A stretch of DNA of 64,000 bases, from the NCBI GenBank assembly GCA_951812395.1, contig CATOSD010000001.1, positions 1,211,108-1,275,107 on the forward strand, written 5' to 3'. The DNA is from an uncultured Dehalococcoidia bacterium (GTDB lineage Bacteria; Chloroflexota; Dehalococcoidia; Lucifugimonadales; CATOSD01). This document shows, piece after piece, positions 39,991 through 48,423 of the stretch; position 1 is the first letter of the stretch; each line of letters begins with the position of its first letter. The notes below the pieces were generated by a model that saw only the letters and a list, made by a program, of their open reading frames with translations, searched no databases and was not told where the DNA came from. The position numbers and the translations under genes were made by a program.

Positions 39991-41418
39991 CTACCCCACC
40001 GCCACACCGGCGCCGAGGCCCGGCTCGGTCATCGAGCTTGGGTCGAGTATCTCGTCCAACTCCTCGCCACTGAGGCTCGTCGCCTCGATGGCGACCTCCT
40101 TCACCGTCCTGCCGGTGGCCTGCGCCTCCTTGGCTATCGCGGCGGAGGCGTCGTAGCCCACGTGCGGCACAAGCGACGTAACGATGGCGAGACCGCGCTC
40201 GACCATCTCCGGGCCGCGCTGTGTCGCCTGCAGGCCGCTCACGCACTGCTCGGCCAGGTTGTCGGCCGCGGCCGACAGCAGGTCTATCGACTGCAGCAGG
40301 TTGTACGCGGCGACCGGCATCATGACGTTGATCTCGAAGTTGCCGGACTGCCCGGCCACGGCAATAGCAGCGTCGTTGCCAATCACCTGCGCGGCGACCT
40401 GGCACACCGACTCGGGTATCACGGGGTTGACCTTGCCCGGCATGATGGAGCTGCCGGGCTGCACCTCCGGCAGATCGATCTCGCCGAGACCGGCGCGGGG
40501 GCCGGAGCCCAACCAGCGGATATCGTTGCAGATCTTCATCAGGCTGACGGCGATCGTCTTCAGCGCGCCGCTCGCCGCCACCACGCCGTCAAGCGTGCTC
40601 TGCGCCTGGAAGTGACCGTCCGCGTCGGTCTCCGTCACCGCGACGCCGAGCATCTCGGTCAGCTTCTCGCACACCCGCGCGGCGAACTCGGGATGGGTGT
40701 TTATGCCGGTGCCCACGGCGGTGCCGCCCAGCGCGACCTCGGACAGCTCCGCCCGCGCGTGGTCGAGCCTGCGGAGGGAGCGCTCCATCTGCGCCGCGTA
40801 GCCCTGGAACTCCTGGCCAAGCCGCACTGGTGTGGCGTCCTGCAGGTGGGTCCTGCCGGTTTTGATGATCGGCATGAACTCCTCGGCCTTGCGCTCGAAC
40901 TCCCGTTGGAGTTTGGCGATGGCCGGGGCGAGGTCGTCCTCGATGGCCTTGAGCGCCGAAATGTGGATGGCCGTGGGGATGACGTCGTTAGACGACTGGC
41001 CTATGTTCACGTGGTCGTTGGGGTGTACGGGACTGCGGGAGCCGATCTCGCCACCAAGCAACTCGATCGCCCGGTTGGAGATCACCTCGTTGGCGTTCAT
41101 GTTAGTCGACGTGCCGGAGCCGGTCTGGAAGATGTCGACCACGAACTGGTCGTCCAGGCCGCCGTCGGCCACCTCTTGTGCCGCGCTCGCGATGGCGTCG
41201 GCCAGGCCGCCGTCCAGCAGCTCCAGCTCGCGGTTCACCTGTGCGGCGGCGAGCTTGATCTGGGCCACGGCCCGGATGAAGGACCTCGGAAACCGAAGGT
41301 CGCTGATGGGGAAGTTAAGCACCGCGCGCATCGTGTTCGCGCCGTAGTAGGCGTCCGCGGGCACGTCAAACTCGCCCATGGAGTCGCGTTCTTTTCGAAA
41401 GTTGGTCTGTTCCGCCAA
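39991..41418 (-). CDS. class II fumarase/aspartase family lyase (aspartate ammonia-lyase-like)
   Basis: 475 aa. ERDSMGEFDVPADAYYGANTMRA and the signature GSSIMPGKVNPVIPE. The PVIPE variant resembles aspartase more than FumC, from memory. Confidence 0.88.
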   Translation of the reverse strand: MAEQTNFRKERDSMGEFDVPADAYYGANTMRAVLNFPISDLRFPRSFIRAVAQIKLAAAQVNRELELLDGGLADAIASAAQEVADGGLDDQFVVDIFQTGSGTSTNMNANEVISNRAIELLGGEIGSRSPVHPNDHVNIGQSSNDVIPTAIHISALKAIEDDLAPAIAKLQREFERKAEEFMPIIKTGRTHLQDATPVRLGQEFQGYAAQMERSLRRLDHARAELSEVALGGTAVGTGINTHPEFAARVCEKLTEMLGVAVTETDADGHFQAQSTLDGVVAASGALKTIAVSLMKICNDIRWLGSGPRAGLGEIDLPEVQPGSSIMPGKVNPVIPESVCQVAAQVIGNDAAIAVAGQSGNFEINVMMPVAAYNLLQSIDLLSAAADNLAEQCVSGLQATQRGPEMVERGLAIVTSLVPHVGYDASAAIAKEAQATGRTVKEVAIEATSLSGEELDEILDPSSMTEPGLGAGVAVG

Positions 41419-41446
41419 GTGTCGCTCCTGTTCTCTAAATCTCGCT

Positions 41447-42097
41447 CTAGCCGGAAATCCCCAGTTCCTCAGCCACGAACGCCGCCACTAGTTCGCCCAC
41501 ATCCGCCTCGCTGCCCAGCATGTTGTGGGCCGCGCCCGCGATTTCGGCGTACCGAGCGGGCTGCCGCATATCGTCCAGGGCGCTCTGCAGGCCCACGGGG
41601 GGAGAAATGCGGTCGTTCTGGCCAGTGGCGAACAGCTTGGGACGCTTGTCTGAGGCTATCCGCGAGTCTCTGACGGCGGCGATGGGGGGCGCCACGAACG
41701 CCAGGCAGCGAGCAACGCCACACCGTCGCAGCCCGCCGAGCACGACGGACGCGCCGAATGAATAGCCGGCGACGGCCACCCGCTTGCCATCCAGACCTGG
41801 CCATCTCCGGGCGACCTTCAGCGCCGCCTCCAGGTCGCGCTGCTCTCCCCTGCCGTTGCTGAACTCGCCCTCGCTGTCCCCCACTCCGCGAAAGTTGAAA
41901 CGCAGCGTCGCGAGCCCCCGGCTGTCGGCGGCCCGGCAGATCGCAGTCACCACGGCGTTCTCCATGTCACCGCCGAGCACCGGGTGAGGGTGGCACACCA
42001 CCAGCGTGGGCAACTCTCCCCCTATGCCCTGCGGCGAGGTGAGCACGCCCTCCAGGCTGAGGCCCTGACTGCGGAACCCAATTGCGGTCTGACGCAT
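41447..42097 (-). CDS. alpha/beta hydrolase (COG2945-like)
   Basis: CHPHPVLGGDMENAVV, LRFNFRGVGDSEG, nucleophile GYSFGA. Confidence 0.8.
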   Translation of the reverse strand: MRQTAIGFRSQGLSLEGVLTSPQGIGGELPTLVVCHPHPVLGGDMENAVVTAICRAADSRGLATLRFNFRGVGDSEGEFSNGRGEQRDLEAALKVARRWPGLDGKRVAVAGYSFGASVVLGGLRRCGVARCLAFVAPPIAAVRDSRIASDKRPKLFATGQNDRISPPVGLQSALDDMRQPARYAEIAGAAHNMLGSEADVGELVAAFVAEELGISG

Positions 42098-42115
42098 TCG
42101 CGGGAAGCCCCCCGG

Positions 42116-42895
42116 CTAGATTCCGCCCACGTCGCCTGGCGTGCGGTCGCCGAGCCACCGCGCCATGAACGCCGCCGTGAGATCCCCTATCTCCGGCTCG
42201 TGGCCTCCGAAGAAGTGGTCCGTGCCGTACTGCACGTGCACCTGCTTAGGCTCCATGAACCTTCTCGACAGAAAGCGGAAATGCTCGACCGGGAAGTCGT
42301 GGTCGAACTCGCCGCACACGAGCAGCTTGGGCTGAAGCAGTTCGTTGACGCCCAGCGCGGTGTAGGCGCTCATGGGGCAGGCTATCGACGCCACCGCCTG
42401 TATCGTGCCGCTCAACCTGCTGGCCTCCAGCGCGATCCACGCGCCGAACGAGTAGCCCGCCACGCCCACTCGGGTCGTCTCGACGCGGTCGTGCAAGGCA
42501 AGGTAGTCTACCGCGGCCATGGCGTCGTCTACCTCTCCCACGCCCTGGGAGAACGACCCATCGCGCCCGCCGACGCCGCGGAAGTTGAAGCGCAGGACCG
42601 CTATGCCGGCCGCGCGTAGGCTACCGGCCATCGCGGTGACGACGGAGTTGTGCATGTTGCCGCCGTAGCGCGGGTGGGGGTGGCAGAGCACCACGCCGGA
42701 GAACTTATCCCGCTCTTCGGCGGGCAGGTGCAACGCCCCTTCGAGCGTCACGCTGGAGCCGCCGAACGTCACCGGCTGAGAGTCTGGCCCTGTGGGTGGA
42801 TTTGGCATATCTGAGATCGGCTCGCGTAAGGCCGGCGCATTGCGTCCGGCCGGGAAGTGTCCGCTCATGTTATGAGAGGCTATGGCGTTTGGCAA
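42116..42895 (-). CDS. alpha/beta hydrolase (COG2945-like), tandem paralog
   Basis: CHPHPRYGGNMHNSVV, LRFNFRGVGGRDG, GYSFGA. The start may be the internal ATG at 42808. Confidence 0.8.
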   Translation of the reverse strand: MPNAIASHNMSGHFPAGRNAPALREPISDMPNPPTGPDSQPVTFGGSSVTLEGALHLPAEERDKFSGVVLCHPHPRYGGNMHNSVVTAMAGSLRAAGIAVLRFNFRGVGGRDGSFSQGVGEVDDAMAAVDYLALHDRVETTRVGVAGYSFGAWIALEASRLSGTIQAVASIACPMSAYTALGVNELLQPKLLVCGEFDHDFPVEHFRFLSRRFMEPKQVHVQYGTDHFFGGHEPEIGDLTAAFMARWLGDRTPGDVGGI

Positions 42896-42974
42896 GCTGT
42901 GTGCTAGAATCTATCCAGCCTTGAAGTCAATGCCGCCAGCCGGTGTTGGCCCCCGTCCCCACGAAGGAGGAAGC

Positions 42975-44015
42975 TTGCGAATCGTAGACTTGCGCAGCGA
43001 CACCGTAACCCACCCCACGCCGGAGATGCGCCGGGCCATGGCAGAGGCCGAGGTCGGCGACGACGTCTATGGCGAAGACCCCACGCTCAACCGCCTGGAG
43101 GCGATGGCCGCGGAACGGCTGGGCAAAGAGGCCGGCATGTTCGTCGCGAGCGGCACCATGGGCAACCTCGTGTCGACCCTCACGCACGCGCAGCGCGGAG
43201 ACGACATCATCCTGGGGGACAAGTCCCACATCTTCCGCAGCGAGGCGGGAGGCGCGTCCGCGCTGGGCGGTATCTCCTTCCACACAATCCCCAACGACAG
43301 CAGGGGTATGCTGGACCCCGACCAGGTGGAGGCGGCGATTCGTCCCAACGACGTCCACTTCCCGCGCACCGCGATGATCGCGCTGGAGAACACCCACAAC
43401 GCGTGCGGCGGCGCAACCCTGACGCCGGAGGACACTCGCACTATCGCCGAGGTCGCCCACCGGCATGAGATCCCGTTGCACATTGACGGTGCGCGCATCT
43501 TCAACGCAGCCGTCAGTTTGGAGACGCCGGTGTCCGAGCTGGTCAAGGACGCGGAAAGCGTGACCTTCTGCCTGTCGAAGGGACTGAGCGTCCCCATCGG
43601 ATCCGTAGTGTGCGGCAGCAACGAGTTCATTGAGCGGGCGCGCAGGTGGTGCAAGATGGTCGGCGGCAGCATGAGGCAGGTCGGCATCATCGCCGCCGCG
43701 GGCATAGTGGCTCTCGACAGCATGGTCGAGCGCATGGCCGAAGACCACGCCAACGCCCGCAGGCTGGCGCAGGGCCTGGCCCAGATACCGGGCATCTCCA
43801 TCAATCCCGACGCGCTGCCCACGAACCTCGTCTTCTTCGAGGTCGAACGCGGCGATCCGGCCGAGCTGGCCCGCAGGATCAACGAGCGGGGCGTGAAAGG
43901 CGGCTCTCCGGCGCGCAGGTGGAGGTTCGTTACCCACTACGGCATCACCGCCGAGGACGTGGACTACGCGCTGGACGTGGTGGAATCGACCTTCCGGGAG
44001 TATGCTCCGGCGTAG
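42975..44015 (+). CDS. ltaE: low-specificity L-threonine aldolase
   Basis: TTG start 4 nt after [45 protein letters not shown] and the PLP lysine context CLSKGL. Confidence 0.88.
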   Translation: MRIVDLRSDTVTHPTPEMRRAMAEAEVGDDVYGEDPTLNRLEAMAAERLGKEAGMFVASGTMGNLVSTLTHAQRGDDIILGDKSHIFRSEAGGASALGGISFHTIPNDSRGMLDPDQVEAAIRPNDVHFPRTAMIALENTHNACGGATLTPEDTRTIAEVAHRHEIPLHIDGARIFNAAVSLETPVSELVKDAESVTFCLSKGLSVPIGSVVCGSNEFIERARRWCKMVGGSMRQVGIIAAAGIVALDSMVERMAEDHANARRLAQGLAQIPGISINPDALPTNLVFFEVERGDPAELARRINERGVKGGSPARRWRFVTHYGITAEDVDYALDVVESTFREYAPA

Positions 44016-44147
44016 CTGCGTGGCGGGGTCACGCCCCACACAGCCGTATTCTGTTTTGCCCGACGGGCATCTTCTACCGGGGGTGGGTCTTGTACCCGCC
44101 CCTTCAGTCATCACACCTATTTCACACACCGCTTTGCGCCGTTTGCC

Positions 44148-45380
44148 ATGATTCTTCTCGTTCGCAACTCCAAGTTCCGACTGCTCTGGGTCGCCGGCCT
44201 GTTCAGCGACGTGGCCATCACGCTGTACATCCTGGCGCACGGCTGGTTGGCCCTGCAGGTCACCGACTCGGCGTTCTGGGTGGGCGCGACCGCCGGAATG
44301 GCCGGGCTGGGCATGATGCTGTGCGCCGGTTTCGCGGGAGTGATGGCCGACAGGCTGGACCGCCGCGTGCTGTTCATCGTCTCCCAGGCGGCGCAGGCGG
44401 CCATTTTCGCCGGCGTCGCGGTGCTGGTGTTCACCGACCGCATCGAGCTTTGGCAGATACTGGCGACGGCGCTCGCGGACGGCATCCTCATGGCCGTCAA
44501 GCTGCCGGCGCGCATGACGCTGGTGCTGGACGTTGCGGGCCGCGAGAACCTGCTCAAGGCGAACGCTGCCAACTTCGTCGCCATGACCATCGCCGGCATC
44601 ACCGTGCCGCTGCTGGCCGGCCCGGTCGTGGACACGTTCGGCATCGGCTGGATTTATGCCGTCATGGTCGGAGCGCTTGCGTTGTCCGGCGTGTTGATGG
44701 TGTTTCTGCGCGGCTTCGGGACTTCGGGTCGGAAGCGGGAAACCTCTCCGCTTGCCGACCTGAAGGAGGGCGTTCGCTTCACGCTGGGCACGCCCCAGAT
44801 TCGCATCCTCATCCTGATGATGCTGTCGTCTGAGGTGTTCGGATGGTCCCACGAGACGATGCTGCCGGTTATGGCGGGCAAGGTTCTGGACGTCGGGCCC
44901 ACGGGGCTGGGTTACATGTTCTCGGCGGGCAGCGCCGGCGCGCTCATTTCGTCGCTCACGCTGTCGGCGCTCGGCGAGGGGCGCAGCGCGGGCCGGCTGC
45001 TGGTGTTCGGGTACATGGGCTTCGGCGCGTTCCTGATGCTGTTCGCGGCGTCGTCCTGGCTGCCGCTCTCGCTTGTGCTGCTGCTGGCGGCCTACGGATC
45101 GGGCGTTCTCTACGAGGCTACGCTGATCACTGTGCTGCAGCGGGCGGTGCCCCACGACATGCGTGGTCGCGTGCTGAGCATTCAGTCGTTCACCTGGGGC
45201 ATGACAGGGTTCTCCGGATTCTACACCGGAAGCATAGCCACCCTGCTGAGCGCCCCCGTAGCGATAGCCATAGGCGGCTCGGTGCTGGCGTTGAACGGAC
45301 TGCGGGTGTCGCGGCGGGTAATCCGCTTGTACTCCATCGCCACTGCCCAGACCGAGCCTGCCCAGGCGGACACTCCCTAA
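44148..45380 (+). CDS. MFS transporter (EntS/DUF894-like)
   Basis: 410 aa, about 12 TM segments. N-terminal RNSKFRLLWVAGLFSDVA and GVMADRLDRR. Confidence 0.85.
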   Translation: MILLVRNSKFRLLWVAGLFSDVAITLYILAHGWLALQVTDSAFWVGATAGMAGLGMMLCAGFAGVMADRLDRRVLFIVSQAAQAAIFAGVAVLVFTDRIELWQILATALADGILMAVKLPARMTLVLDVAGRENLLKANAANFVAMTIAGITVPLLAGPVVDTFGIGWIYAVMVGALALSGVLMVFLRGFGTSGRKRETSPLADLKEGVRFTLGTPQIRILILMMLSSEVFGWSHETMLPVMAGKVLDVGPTGLGYMFSAGSAGALISSLTLSALGEGRSAGRLLVFGYMGFGAFLMLFAASSWLPLSLVLLLAAYGSGVLYEATLITVLQRAVPHDMRGRVLSIQSFTWGMTGFSGFYTGSIATLLSAPVAIAIGGSVLALNGLRVSRRVIRLYSIATAQTEPAQADTP

Positions 45381-45422
45381 GTCCCTTCCCCTAGCATGGG
45401 GAAGGCCAGGATGGGCGTGAGG
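45381..45422 (-). repeat. family-1 REP-like hairpin repeat (reverse orientation)
   Basis: gtcccttcccc-tagca-tggggaagg-ccaggatgggcgtgagg, starting right after the MFS stop codon. Confidence 0.8.
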
Positions 45423-45428
45423 CACCCC

Positions 45429-45773
45429 CTATGCTACGAACCAGTCCTTCGCCGCGGCCTCGTCCGGCCACAGGAAGTCGAACCCCGCCTTCAGCGCCAT
45501 CTGCTTGTCCAGGTCCTCGCGGTCGCCAATGTGGACGTAGGCGTCGGCCTGGAACTTGGTTTTGACCTCGGCGAGCATGTGCTTGGGAGACACGAAGTCG
45601 GCCTCGATCTTGTATTCGTCCCACATGGCCCGCTGCCTGCTGGGTGGACGGTCCGAGCAGCTCCCAATCAGGAAGCCCTTTTGCTTGGTGATCCGCACCA
45701 TCTCCATGGTGAGCGGCCCGGGCGGGTCGCCCACCTCCAGCGTTCCGTCGATGTCGTAACTGATGAGTATCAA
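45429..45773 (-). CDS. small HAD-like phosphatase-fold protein
   Basis: 114 aa. ISYDIDGTL (DxDxT motif), GSCSDR, HIGDRE.D. Confidence 0.6.
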   Translation of the reverse strand: MILISYDIDGTLEVGDPPGPLTMEMVRITKQKGFLIGSCSDRPPSRQRAMWDEYKIEADFVSPKHMLAEVKTKFQADAYVHIGDREDLDKQMALKAGFDFLWPDEAAAKDWFVA

Positions 45774-45802
45774 GGCTGGCTATACCTCTTCGTAACCGTG
45801 GT

Positions 45803-47134
45803 CTAGTCCGGCGTTGAGCTCCACACGGTGAAGTTGCCGCCGAACGGCATGGGTCCGCCGGACACGGCGACCTCTGGCTTCACGCCGGTCACCTGTCTCT
45901 CGCCGGCGCGTCCCTGGATCTGCTGAATGGAGTCGGTGTGCATCCAGAAGCGGCTGCGGCCGCCGCCGATGTTGCCGCCGCTGGGCATGATCGGGTCCGG
46001 GCCCTCGATGCTGATGTCGCCCTGGTAGAAGTCCAGCGCGTCGCCCTGCTTCATGCCGCGGTAGCCGATTCCCTCGATGTGGAACTGGTGGAACTGCACG
46101 AAGCCGTCGTACATGTTCTCGAACGATAGGTTGTCCGCGGTGATGCCGGCGGCCTCCAGTATCTTCCTGCCGGTGCTTGCGCACTCAGCCTCGACCTCGG
46201 CCAGCGTGGGCGTGAGGCTGCGGGTGGCGCCGCGGCTGGAGGCGTGGCCGAGTATGTAGACCGGCTTCTGCCGCATGTCCTGGGCGCGCTCGGCGGTGGT
46301 GAACAGGTACGCGGCCGTGCACATTATGGGTATGTCGTTGTCGAACAGGTTGGCGGGCTTGGCGATCCAGCGCGCGCTAAGGTAGTCCTCCGGCGGCAGC
46401 GGCTCGGGGCGGTGCTGCGCCCAGTAGCCTTCGGGGAACATCAGGCCGTTGCGGCGGGAGTTCTCCATGAACGGCGCGAGCATGTCGTGGTGCTTGCCGT
46501 ACTTGCGGCAGTACTCGGCGAACTGCAGCGCCGTGCCGTAGCATCCGGGCGGTCCCCAGATGGAGCGTCCGGCTCCGATGGCGAAGGAGCCGGGCACTTC
46601 GTTTGCGCCGCTGATGCCGCCGTGGTTGTACCGACCCTCCAGGTTGTGCCAGCCCTTGACCACCAGGCACGTCTTGGCGAGTCCGTCGCCGATGGCCTGC
46701 GCCGCGACAGTCAGGGCCGCGGACATGCAGCCGGGGGCGTGCACCTTGTACTTGACGTTGGTCAGTTCCAGCATATTGATTTCGAGCCAGTCGGCGCTGA
46801 GCTGGCCGAGTCCGTCCAGCGGGTCGTCGGTCTGGTTGTAGGCGCCGATCACGTCCTGCGGGATGGGCGTGTCCTCAGGCCAGTGGGCGCCCGTGGTGGT
46901 GACCGGCACAATCACCAAGCCGTCGACGTCGGCGGGGTCTACGCCCGCGTCCGCCATCGCCCGGCGCATCGACAGGATGGCGCCGGCGCCGACGGTGGTG
47001 TCCGGCTTGCCGTCCCAGCGGCGCGAGGTGGGCGAGTGGCCTATGCCCACTGCCGCGACTTTGCCCCTGTGCTCCCAGACGCCCAGTCCCTCGACGGACC
47101 TATACATGGATTCCGGCGCGTATTGAGTAGTCAT
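45803..47134 (-). CDS. thiolase-like (SCP-x/lipid-transfer-type) protein
   Basis: 443 aa. Fold-level match to thiolase-like enzymes that pair with DUF35 proteins. A DUF35 gene lies upstream on the same strand. Confidence 0.8.
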   Translation of the reverse strand: MTTQYAPESMYRSVEGLGVWEHRGKVAAVGIGHSPTSRRWDGKPDTTVGAGAILSMRRAMADAGVDPADVDGLVIVPVTTTGAHWPEDTPIPQDVIGAYNQTDDPLDGLGQLSADWLEINMLELTNVKYKVHAPGCMSAALTVAAQAIGDGLAKTCLVVKGWHNLEGRYNHGGISGANEVPGSFAIGAGRSIWGPPGCYGTALQFAEYCRKYGKHHDMLAPFMENSRRNGLMFPEGYWAQHRPEPLPPEDYLSARWIAKPANLFDNDIPIMCTAAYLFTTAERAQDMRQKPVYILGHASSRGATRSLTPTLAEVEAECASTGRKILEAAGITADNLSFENMYDGFVQFHQFHIEGIGYRGMKQGDALDFYQGDISIEGPDPIMPSGGNIGGGRSRFWMHTDSIQQIQGRAGERQVTGVKPEVAVSGGPMPFGGNFTVWSSTPD

Positions 47135-47170
47135 TTCTGTCGCCCCCTAACTCCTGTGTTTACACTTGGG

Positions 47171-47213
47171 CCTCCTCTCCCTTGATGGGAGAGGGTTGAG
47201 GTGAGGGTGAAGG
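47171..47213 (-). repeat. family-1b REP-like hairpin repeat
   Basis: cctctccc-ttgat-gggagagg-gttgaggtgagggtgaagg. Confidence 0.75.
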
Positions 47214-47233
47214 TGTCTTGCCGGTGCGCGGCT

Positions 47234-47313
47234 GTCACCCCCATCCTAACCTTCCCCCTGCGAGGGGGAAGGGACTTTCGAATCCTGACCTTCCCCTGCG
47301 AGGGGGAAGGGAC
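47234..47313 (+). repeat. family-1 REP-like repeat, two tandem hairpins
   Basis: gtcacccccatcctaaccttccccctgcgagggggaagggac, then ctgaccttcccctgcgagggggaagggac. Confidence 0.9.
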
Positions 47314-47330
47314 TATTGGAAAAAACCCCC

Positions 47331-47741
47331 TTAGCCGGGGACCTTCCATTCCGGCACGAGTTGGCCGTTGGCGGTTTCCTCGAACACCACCTCGACAGCC
47401 GCGCCTACCGGCACGTCGTCGACCGGCACCCCCGGCAGGTGGGAGTACATCTGAATGCCCTGGTCCTCGTCCAGCATCACCACGGCCAGGTTGAACGGCT
47501 GGTCCTCCTGGAGCGAGGCTATCGGGCAGTCGTACACCACGCAGTAGTTGTAGATGGTGCCCTTGCCGCTCATCTGCTTCCACTCCAGTCCGTCGGACGA
47601 GCCGCACTGCGAGCAGGACGGCAGCGGCGGGTTCTGCAGCCGGTCGCACACGCTGCAGTTCTGGATGACGAGGCGCTGCTCGTTGGCCGCGTCCCAGAAA
47701 GGCTTGGTAAGTTCGTCGGGTATCACGCCCTGTTTCACCAT
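47331..47741 (-). CDS. DUF35 OB-fold/zinc-ribbon acyl-CoA-associated protein
   Basis: Start MVKQGV with GGAGG RBS. Zn ribbon C.VCDR....P...CS.CGS followed by an OB fold. Typical partner of the thiolase-like gene. Confidence 0.85.
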   Translation of the reverse strand: MVKQGVIPDELTKPFWDAANEQRLVIQNCSVCDRLQNPPLPSCSQCGSSDGLEWKQMSGKGTIYNYCVVYDCPIASLQEDQPFNLAVVMLDEDQGIQMYSHLPGVPVDDVPVGAAVEVVFEETANGQLVPEWKVPG

Positions 47742-48152
47742 GTTGGTCGGACCTCCATTGTGGTTGCGACAGATGATAGTACAAAGCGCGCGCGATTCCA
47801 ACCGGCGGGCCTAGCGCGCTGCCCGCACCGCCATCTCGTTGCCTCACATCGTGATCCCTTCGAATGCGTCGGGGCGAAATCTGTTAGTTTCTGCGACATT
47901 CTGTTGTATTCGTAGCTGGGGGCGCCGGCGGTTCTGCGCAACTCTGTAATGCTGGCGTGGGCAATTCGGGGCAGAAGTGTCACGCCGCGTGACAGAGTGG
48001 GACAGGGGCCGGTGGCCGGTTTTCGACGCCACAGGGCACCCACAAGGGACGCCCGTACGGATGCCTGGGGCATTGTCCCTATTGGGGGTAGGGTTTCCGC
48101 GCCGCGGGGTCGGTCCCTCGGGCGGGTTTGAAGCCCGCACCTAACATGAGCG

Positions 48153-48181
48153 ATAATAGCACGGATGTGCGTGCAATACAA
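48153..48181 (-). promoter_or_regulatory. promoter-like module TTGTAT-N17-TATTAT with GCAC-ATCC-GTGC palindrome (minus strand)
   Basis: Points toward the DUF35/thiolase operon. Same geometry as at 28358. Confidence 0.5.
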
Positions 48182-48388
48182 GACAGATGGCGAGATTGCC
48201 GTCTGAAGCCGGATTGGTGGGGAGAAATTGAGCAGGCGCGGGGATGAGATTGGGCGTTCGTGGGGTTCGGATGGAGCACGGCCGGGGCACGGGTGGCGCG
48301 GGAGAGTGACGGTTTTTTTGGAGTACGAGGGGCGAATGGGGTCGGGCGTGGGCCAGAGGGCGCGTTCGGGGGGCATGGCTCTACGCGC

Positions 48389-48417
48389 TTGCCATCCCCC
48401 ACAACCCCCACTAGAAT
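48389..48417 (+). promoter_or_regulatory. TTGCCA-N17-TAGAAT promoter, 6 nt upstream of ATG 48424 (leaderless-type)
   Basis: Hexamers and spacing seen directly. No Shine-Dalgarno is possible in the 6 nt. Confidence 0.6.
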
Positions 48418-48423
48418 CCGCCA

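Larger units (their letters stand above)
47873..48420 (-). repeat. large dispersed non-coding element, copy B (inverted relative to copy A)
   Basis: See copy A at 27977-28625. It fills the divergent region between the DUF35 operon and the first membrane/Asp-box paralog. Confidence 0.8.

Noticed and set aside
42927-45425. 832-aa ORF on the minus strand spanning the ltaE and MFS loci
   Set aside because: It is antisense to two well-supported genes. Its composition is Arg/Gly/His/Pro-rich and low in complexity, which is typical of shadow ORFs in high-GC DNA. The same reasoning applies to 514-1647(+), 24954-26492(+), 24820-26115(-), 40162-41673(+), 58213-59313(-), 60340-61437(-), 62689-63876(-) and similar.
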